Shown: in pieces, positions 45,855 to 51,687 of the stretch
Layout of the letters: every line of letters starts with the position of its first letter
Numbering within the stretch: position 1 is the first letter of the stretch
Assembly: GCA_036676195.1 (NCBI GenBank)
Contig: JAKFDK010000062.1
Coordinates: forward strand, 1 to 51,687
DNA: 51,687 bases
Origin: Clostridia bacterium
GTDB taxonomy: Bacteria; Bacillota; Sulfobacillia; Symbiobacteriales; ZC4RG38
Direction: 5' to 3'
Position numbers and translations under genes: made by a program
Notes under the pieces: model-generated
The model's input: only the letters and a program-made list of their open reading frames with translations
The model's database searches: none
What the model was told of the DNA's origin: nothing

Positions 45855-47813
45855 ATGGACCTGCTAATTCCGATTGCAGCGGTGGCTGGTTTTGTGCTGT
45901 TGGTGGCGCTGTTTTATGTGTCCAGGCTGAAGATGCCGGCCCCCGGCGAAGCGCTGATCGTGTTCGGTTCCGTGGGTCGCAAGGGCGACGGCCGGGGCCT
46001 GAAGGTGATCACCGACGGCAGCGCTTTTGTCTGGCCCGGCATCCAGAAGTGGACGACCATCTCGCTGGCGGCGATGCCGTTCAATGTCAGCACCGGCGGC
46101 ATCCGTACCAAGGAAGGCATTTATATCGTGATCGAAGTGCCCACGACCATGAAAGTAAACTCCACCCGCGAGTCGATCGCCCTGGCGGCCGAGATGTTTG
46201 CCCGCAAGAGTAGCGCCGAGATCGTCGAAGTAGCCCGCAAGACCCTGGAGGGCCACCTGCGGGCGATCTGTGCCAGCATGACTCTGGACGAGGTCAATGA
46301 GGACCGCAAACGCCTGCAGCAGGAGATGCAGGAGGTCTCGGCCTCGGACTTCGCCAAGATGGGTCTCCATATTGTTTCCTTTAATATCGAAAAAATCGTC
46401 GACGAAGAGGGGATCCTGCTGCTCAAGGGCAAGCAGCAGGCGGCCGAGCAAAAAGCGGCCACCGAGATCGGCATCGCTCAGGCGGTCCGGGAATCGGCCC
46501 AGCGTGTGGCCGAGGCGAACAAGCAGGCGGAAATCGCCCGCATTACGGCCACCCAGGAGGTGGCTGATGCCAAGAAGGACCTGGACCTGAAACAGGCCCG
46601 TAACCAGCAGGAGGTGCAGACGGCACAGGCCATCACGGACCAGGCCTACAAGCTGAAGGGCCTGGACGTGCAGCAGCAGATGGTCGACAAGGAAGTTGCC
46701 GTCAAGATCACCCAGACCGAACGCAACGCCGAACTGGCCGAGCGGGAACGGGTGCTGATCCAGAAGCAACTGGTGGCCAGTGTGGACGAACCGGCCCAGG
46801 CGGAGAAGCGCAAGCAGCAGATCCTGGCCGAGGCCAAGGTGCTGGAGGCCGAGCAGGTGGCCAAGGCGCTTATGATCAAGCGCGAGGCCGAAGGCAACGC
46901 CGAATCCCGCTACGCCCAGACGGTGGCCACCGCCAGGGCCGAGGCGGCCAAGGTGGAGGGCGCCGCCCAGGCCGAAGTGTTACAGATCACCGGGGTGGCG
47001 GACGGCGACCGGATCAAGAGCAAGGGTCTGGCCGAGGCCGAGGTGGGCGCCGCCCAGGCCAAGGTGATCCGGGAGAAGGGCCTGGCCGAAGCGGAAATCG
47101 AGCGCACCCAGGGCATTGCCAAGGCCGAGGTGACCAAGGCAATGGCCGAGGCGGACCGGCTGAAGGGTCTGTCCGAGGCGGAGGTCACCGAGAAGATCGG
47201 TCTGGCCGGGGCCCAGGTGACTCGGGAGCAGGGCCTGGCCGAGGCGGAAGCGCTCAAGGCCAGCCGCCTGGCCGAGGTGGAGGCCGAGCGGGTGCGTCTG
47301 CAGGTGCTGGCCGAGTCCATGAATGACCATATGCTCAAGTACCATTTGATTCAGAAGATGCCTGAGATCATTGCGGCCTTTGCCGGTGTCTTCCCCCGTT
47401 TTGAGAAGGCCACGCTGGTGGATATGGGCGGCCCGTCCGGCGGCGTGGGCGCGGTCGATCGGCTGTCCGGTTCGCTGGTGCGGATGCTGGGCTCCCTGCT
47501 GCCGGTGGTGGAGAACATGACCGGGGTGCAGGTGGGGCAGGCGCTCTACCATGCCTTCCATAGCCCCGAGGGGCAGGCGGCGGTCCGTGAGGCGGGGGTG
47601 CCGGCCAGCACCCTGACGACGGTGGGTGAGGTGATTGAAACCCTACGCTTCCCCGGCGGCAAGGCGGTGGCGGTGGCCGAGGTGCAGCGGATCCTTGACG
47701 CCAACCCGGCCCTGGCGGAACTGGCCCTGCCCTATCTCACCGGCGAGGCGGCCCCGGCAGCAGTGGCGGCTGAGGCCCTCGCTGAGGACGGGGCGACGGA
47801 CCCGGAGGCGTAA
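45855..47813 (+). CDS. floT: Flotillin-like SPFH-domain protein (FloT/YuaG-type) with a long EA-rich coiled-coil
   Basis: N-terminal membrane hairpin, SPFH domain, then extended AEAEV/AKAEV repeats. AAGGAGG RBS 7 nt before ATG 45855. Confidence 0.85.
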   Translation: MDLLIPIAAVAGFVLLVALFYVSRLKMPAPGEALIVFGSVGRKGDGRGLKVITDGSAFVWPGIQKWTTISLAAMPFNVSTGGIRTKEGIYIVIEVPTTMKVNSTRESIALAAEMFARKSSAEIVEVARKTLEGHLRAICASMTLDEVNEDRKRLQQEMQEVSASDFAKMGLHIVSFNIEKIVDEEGILLLKGKQQAAEQKAATEIGIAQAVRESAQRVAEANKQAEIARITATQEVADAKKDLDLKQARNQQEVQTAQAITDQAYKLKGLDVQQQMVDKEVAVKITQTERNAELAERERVLIQKQLVASVDEPAQAEKRKQQILAEAKVLEAEQVAKALMIKREAEGNAESRYAQTVATARAEAAKVEGAAQAEVLQITGVADGDRIKSKGLAEAEVGAAQAKVIREKGLAEAEIERTQGIAKAEVTKAMAEADRLKGLSEAEVTEKIGLAGAQVTREQGLAEAEALKASRLAEVEAERVRLQVLAESMNDHMLKYHLIQKMPEIIAAFAGVFPRFEKATLVDMGGPSGGVGAVDRLSGSLVRMLGSLLPVVENMTGVQVGQALYHAFHSPEGQAAVREAGVPASTLTTVGEVIETLRFPGGKAVAVAEVQRILDANPALAELALPYLTGEAAPAAVAAEALAEDGATDPEA

Positions 47814-47947
47814 CGAAGCGTAGCATGAGTTTCCATCGGCGGCCGGTACCACTGATGGGGTTAACGGAAGCGTGCGCTTCACTCTGCGAATGTCACGCGT
47901 TCGGTTAGAGCGGGTGTGGTGCTGTAGGAACCAGAGGGGGTGTTGCT

Positions 47948-48753
47948 TTGTCCTTTAGGATTCGGCCTCAGACTCCGGCTGACTATCATGCAATTGCCGA
48001 CCTTGAACGTGCCATTCCTGGCCTCTCCACCACACCCGCGGATGTCTCGGAACAAGCATCCAGTCCTACCTTTGCCGCGATGGTGGCAGAGCGGAACGGC
48101 CGAATTATTGGTCGGGCATGCACAGGATTCTGGCCGCAGCACACCCCTGCGGGTGACCTTCGGTGCGTGGTAGTTGTAGACCCCGCCGAACGGCGACAGG
48201 GGGTGGGTACCGCCCTCTGGGAGGCTCTGCAACCTATCTTCCAGGAGAGGCGTCCGAAGCATCTTCGGGCCAACGGCAAGGGCAACGACCCCGACTCCCT
48301 CGCCTGGGCGGAGCAGCGGGGGTTTTTGCGTGCCCATCATCTGCTGTTTCAGGAGTTGGAGCTTTCCACCTTTGACCCTACACCCTGGCTGGAGGATCTT
48401 CGCAAGGTGGAGTCCAAAGGGTTCTGTTTCATACCTTTTTCCAAGCTCCACAGCCCAGAGGCCGAGATCCACTTGCACACCCTCTATCAGTCGTTCCGCG
48501 CGGATACTCCGGACTTCAACGAAGGAGACCACCAACCGTTTGAATCCTGGCGGGCCTGGGCCTTTAAGAGCAAGGGGGCCTGGCCATCCCCCTGAAGGTG
48601 GCAGCGGCGTTGCATGCCCGGGAACGCGGCCTGGCCACACTCACTACGCTGAACCACGCTGCCAACGCGCGGATTGTAGCCGTGAACAGAGCTCTGGGGT
48701 ACCATGTAACGGAGGATGTCATTCGCTTGGTCAGGCGCTGCCATTGGATATGA
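47948..48753 (+). pseudogene. GNAT-family N-acetyltransferase with a frameshift at a G5/C5 run near 48570-48590
   Basis: Frame A ends at TGA 48593-48595. GNAT-like C-terminal sequence (LKVAAALHARERGLATLTTLNHAANARIVAVNRALGY...) continues in the +1 frame to TGA 48751-48753. Confidence 0.55.
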
Positions 48754-48916
48754 TGCATCTGCGGGGGTTGTCGCCGTTATTATGAAATAGGCATGGGCCG
48801 ACCCACTGGCCTGACGGCCAGTAGTTTGACGCCCATGCCTTTTCCCGGACCGGACAGGCACCTTTCAGCGCATCCGGCTCTCCATGGTGACTTTGCGTAC
48901 TGGTTCGCATTGCCCC

Positions 48917-49849
48917 TTAGTGGTTAGGAGAATCGACGCACGTTCTGCAGTATAGGGGAGCCGGGTTGGTTCGAGCATTTCGCAATCGACGAGCCAGTCG
49001 CTTGAGCAGCCCTTGAACATCCGCCTTGTCCAGGTCCTTGCCATATCGGGAGCAGCGGTTTCCCATGCGGGTCAACCACCCCCGCAGCAGGCTATAGACC
49101 CTGGGGCCGTTGGTCTTCTCCGGTGGCACCACCCGCCAGGCTGCATTTACGAGCCGCCCTGCCCTGCGTTGGGCCTCCATTTTGGCCCGACCTTCCGCAG
49201 TGTAAGGGTGAATCTGGGTGAAGCAGTAGGCGTAGTGGATGGGGTGATGACCGAGGCAATCCACGATGAGCGCCGCTTTCTTCGTGCTGTCCACCCAGTG
49301 CCCAAAGTTCTTGGTCCTGTAGCGGCGATTGTGCGGGTGCTGCACGTCGAAGCGGTGGGGGATAAGCTGTTCTTGCATAAAGCGTCTGAACCCTTTTCTC
49401 ACCCTGGATCGGCGCCAGCGCCCCCGTATTCGAAGCGCGATCACCCACCAGACGATGTTATCCAGCTTGGAGAAGATTCGCTTACTGTTGCCCCGCCGGA
49501 AGTATTCCGCCCACCCTGCCAGGTAACCGTTCAGGTCGATGATCCACAAATTCCCCTCATGGTGAGCCACATCCCGGGTAAGTTCCCGGATACGCTGCCG
49601 AAACTTCGCCTGGGCCTTCCGGCTTGGGGTCGCCAGGATGGCTTTACGCCCATTGCGGTGATAGCGCCGGATGTGGAACCCCAGGAAATCGAACCCCTCA
49701 TCCACATGGGTAATCAAGGTCTTTTCGTCCGTCAGATCCAGCCGGAGGGTTTCCTTGAGGAAAGCTGCGATCTCAGCCTTCAGGGCTTCGGCTTGCTCTC
49801 GGCTCCCCCGGACCAGCACCACGAGGTGAGTAGCCCCGGGGAATTGCAC
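48917..49849 (-). CDS. C-terminal portion of the group II intron 1 reverse transcriptase/maturase (interrupted by intron 2)
   Basis: ..THLVVLVRGSREQAEALKAEIAAFLKE...TLITHVDEGFDFLGFHIRRY... is the region following the YADD motif, plus a maturase (X) domain. Confidence 0.65.
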   Translation of the reverse strand: MQFPGATHLVVLVRGSREQAEALKAEIAAFLKETLRLDLTDEKTLITHVDEGFDFLGFHIRRYHRNGRKAILATPSRKAQAKFRQRIRELTRDVAHHEGNLWIIDLNGYLAGWAEYFRRGNSKRIFSKLDNIVWWVIALRIRGRWRRSRVRKGFRRFMQEQLIPHRFDVQHPHNRRYRTKNFGHWVDSTKKAALIVDCLGHHPIHYAYCFTQIHPYTAEGRAKMEAQRRAGRLVNAAWRVVPPEKTNGPRVYSLLRGWLTRMGNRCSRYGKDLDKADVQGLLKRLARRLRNARTNPAPLYCRTCVDSPNH

Positions 49850-51686
49850 CCCGAGGCCCTCTCAGAACCGGACTTGAGCTTCTCAGCTCATCCGGCTCCC
49901 ATTATCCAGCCGAAGGCAAGATCCCCAATTGCCAATGCGCAAACAGTTTCGGCTCGCGTCTGGCAATCCTTCCAAGCCAATTCGTCGCTCGCCGCTGGTG
50001 CGTGGCAAATTTCTTGTATTTGCGTCGCACCCAGCGAACTAAGGCCCGGTTCATGTGCATGAGTACAGAGTACAGTTCCGACTTGTAGAAACGCCCATAG
50101 TAGTTGATCCAGCCGTTGATGACGGGATTGAACATCCTCGACAAGTCTTCAAGGGACTTGTCCGGTTTCAGGTGCATGCGCCAGTCATGAATCATCTGCC
50201 GCATGGCCTTCTTCGCCTTGTTGCTGACAGCCGGAGTGAAATTGATGAAGTGCTTGCCCTGCCAGTTCTTGGACCTCCGTGGCCGAAACGTGTATCCAAG
50301 GAAATCGAACTTCGTTTCCGAATGTTCGCCGCGTCGATCATCGTCCTTACAGTAGACGATGCGCGTTTTTGTCGGATGCAATTCCAGTCCACACTCGGCA
50401 AAACGCTTGTCAAGGCTATCCCGCAGCCTCTGCGCGCCTACCATCGTTTGACAGTGGACCACACCGTCGTCGGCGTAGCGTCCAAAGGGTTTGTCCGGGT
50501 GGTTCTTCTCCATCCACTTATCAAATGCGTAGTGGAGAAACAGATTAGCTAGCACTGGGCTTATCACACCGCCCTGCGGTGTGCCCTTCGTCCGCTCCAT
50601 TACTGTTCCGTCCGGCATTTGAAAAGGTGCTTTGAGCCACCTCTCGATGTACAGGAGGGCCCACGGATTGTCCGTGTGTTTTCGGACAGCCTTCATCAAT
50701 AGTTCGTGGTCGATGTTGTCAAACAGCCCCTTGATGTCAAACTCCAGGACCCAGTTATACTTCCAGCACCGTTTTCGGGTGACTGCAAGGGCATCGGCGG
50801 CTGCTTTTCCCTGTCGGTATGCGTAAGAGTCTGGATGGAAATATGGTTCCACCTTCGGCTCAAAGTAGATTTTCGCAACCATCTGCGCTACCCGATCTGC
50901 CACAGTGGGCACTCCGAGAACGCGTACCCCACCGTTCTTCTTCGGTATTTCGACCGCCTTCACGGGGGGAGGAAAGTAGCTGCCAGACGACATTCTGTTC
51001 CAGAGCTTGTAGAGGTTGTTTTGCAGGTTCTCCTCGAACGACTCCAGGCTTTCGCCGTCAATTCCGGCCGCGCCCCGGTTCGCCTTTACTCGTTGAAACG
51101 CCTCAAGTACTACATGCTTGGAGATCTCGTAAGGCTTTGTTTTGTCCATTGGCTCCTCCCTTGCGGTTGACCACTGTTCAAAACTGGATAACACAGCCCC
51201 TTCGCTCCACTCCCATTACGGAGCTTCCTCACTACTACGGGCTGTTCCGCCCCTGCGCTCCGCATCGGTACTTTCGTCCTTGCGGGTCTGCCGCTTGGAG
51301 TTTTCCCTTGGCATCGGAGGGCAGGTTCCCACGTTCCTAACTGAAGCCTGCGCCACGTTCACGCCGCCTTCATGCCGGCCACCACCTGGACGGTAAACAG
51401 GTTGCCTCCAGATTTGTCCCGGGCTAACGACTACCTCCCGGTTTTGATGGCGTCCCTACGCTTTCGACACGTTATCAGCGGTTCACGGGTGTTCGTCTCC
51501 GTTGGCGCTCACCTGACGGAGTCTTGCTCCGCCTTTTCCGTAACGCTCACTACCGTGGCTTTTTCCCACAGCAGCTTACGGTGGTTTGAAGCCTCCACCT
51601 GTATGGCGGCTCCGAGGGGCCTCCCCTCATCTTCAGCTAAGCATGGCCTTCAGGCTGCTACGCAGCCCTTCGCCTTCGTGGCGCAC
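49830..51686 (-). mobile_element. Group II intron 2 (inner, apparently complete, ~1.86 kb), inserted in the RT ORF of intron 1
   Basis: 5' end GUGCGCC at 51686-51680 (minus strand). IEP ORF 492 nt downstream. Domain V GAGCCGGAUGAGCUGAGAAGCUCAAGUCCGGUUCU at 49898-49864. A domain-VI-like hairpin ends ..GGGGCUAC at about 49830. Confidence 0.7.
49902..51194 (-). CDS. Group II intron-encoded reverse transcriptase/maturase (intron 2)
   Basis: RT motifs (...GVPTVADRVAQM..., FDIKGLFDNIDH, PQGGVISPVLANL, RYADDGVVH) and a maturase X-domain (INGWINYY). 430 aa. Confidence 0.9.
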   Translation of the reverse strand: MLSSFEQWSTAREEPMDKTKPYEISKHVVLEAFQRVKANRGAAGIDGESLESFEENLQNNLYKLWNRMSSGSYFPPPVKAVEIPKKNGGVRVLGVPTVADRVAQMVAKIYFEPKVEPYFHPDSYAYRQGKAAADALAVTRKRCWKYNWVLEFDIKGLFDNIDHELLMKAVRKHTDNPWALLYIERWLKAPFQMPDGTVMERTKGTPQGGVISPVLANLFLHYAFDKWMEKNHPDKPFGRYADDGVVHCQTMVGAQRLRDSLDKRFAECGLELHPTKTRIVYCKDDDRRGEHSETKFDFLGYTFRPRRSKNWQGKHFINFTPAVSNKAKKAMRQMIHDWRMHLKPDKSLEDLSRMFNPVINGWINYYGRFYKSELYSVLMHMNRALVRWVRRKYKKFATHQRRATNWLGRIARREPKLFAHWQLGILPSAG

Positions 51687-51687
51687 A

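Larger units (their letters stand above)
48780..51687 (-). mobile_element. Group II intron 1 (outer), partial: 3' part with domain V (48848-48880) and the C-terminal RT/maturase coding region. Its 5' part lies beyond the window edge.
   Basis: Domain V GAGCCGGAUGCGCUGAAAGGUGCCUGUCCGGUC on the minus strand. An RT domain-7/X-domain ORF lies upstream of it, and a long hairpin (48790-48839) downstream. Confidence 0.6.

Noticed and set aside
48330-48785. 151-aa ORF overlapping the GNAT gene
   Set aside because: It is in the wrong frame. The third frame carries the GNAT C-terminus, so this ORF is a by-product of the frameshift.
1-51687. CRISPR arrays, rRNA and tRNA genes
   Set aside because: I saw no regularly spaced direct repeats, no cloverleaf-like tRNA signatures and no rRNA-like conserved blocks anywhere in the window.

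Overview
This is a high-GC window (about 68-70% GC) whose conserved gene order (secD-secF ... recJ-apt-relA-dtd, a YcsF/KipI/KipA-type 5-oxoprolinase cluster, NfeD-flotillin) points to a Bacillota (Firmicutes)-type chromosome, possibly a high-GC thermophile lineage. Core housekeeping genes are interrupted by several accessory segments.

- **Non-coding stretch, 11.7-12.5 kb:** about 1.1 kb with a duplicated 54-nt element, followed by a small wHTH gene and a membrane-protein gene.
- **Secreted and signalling genes:** a giant GAF-PAS-GGDEF-EAL membrane sensor sits divergent from a structured leader and a secreted transglutaminase-like protein.
- **Low-GC island, 22.9-25.1 kb:** G6 tracts, a frameshifted secreted-protein gene and a small two-gene pair.
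- **ChlI/vWA pair, 25.1-28.8 kb (main candidate for a new system):** a BchI/ChlI-type AAA+ ATPase with a Pro/Gly-rich tail, translationally coupled to a protein carrying an unknown N-terminal domain, a wHTH and a vWA domain. It resembles a ChlI/ChlD-like module but sits outside any tetrapyrrole pathway.
- **PaaX-centred acyl-CoA cluster, 39.2-45.0 kb:** ligase, CoA-transferase and a split B12-dependent mutase, with two copies of a conserved promoter/operator block of about 65 nt.
- **Window end:** a frameshifted GNAT gene, then nested group II introns (one complete intron inside the reverse-transcriptase ORF of a second intron cut off by the window edge).

No rRNA, tRNA or CRISPR arrays were recognised. 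Many long ORFs in the track are GC-driven antisense artefacts.
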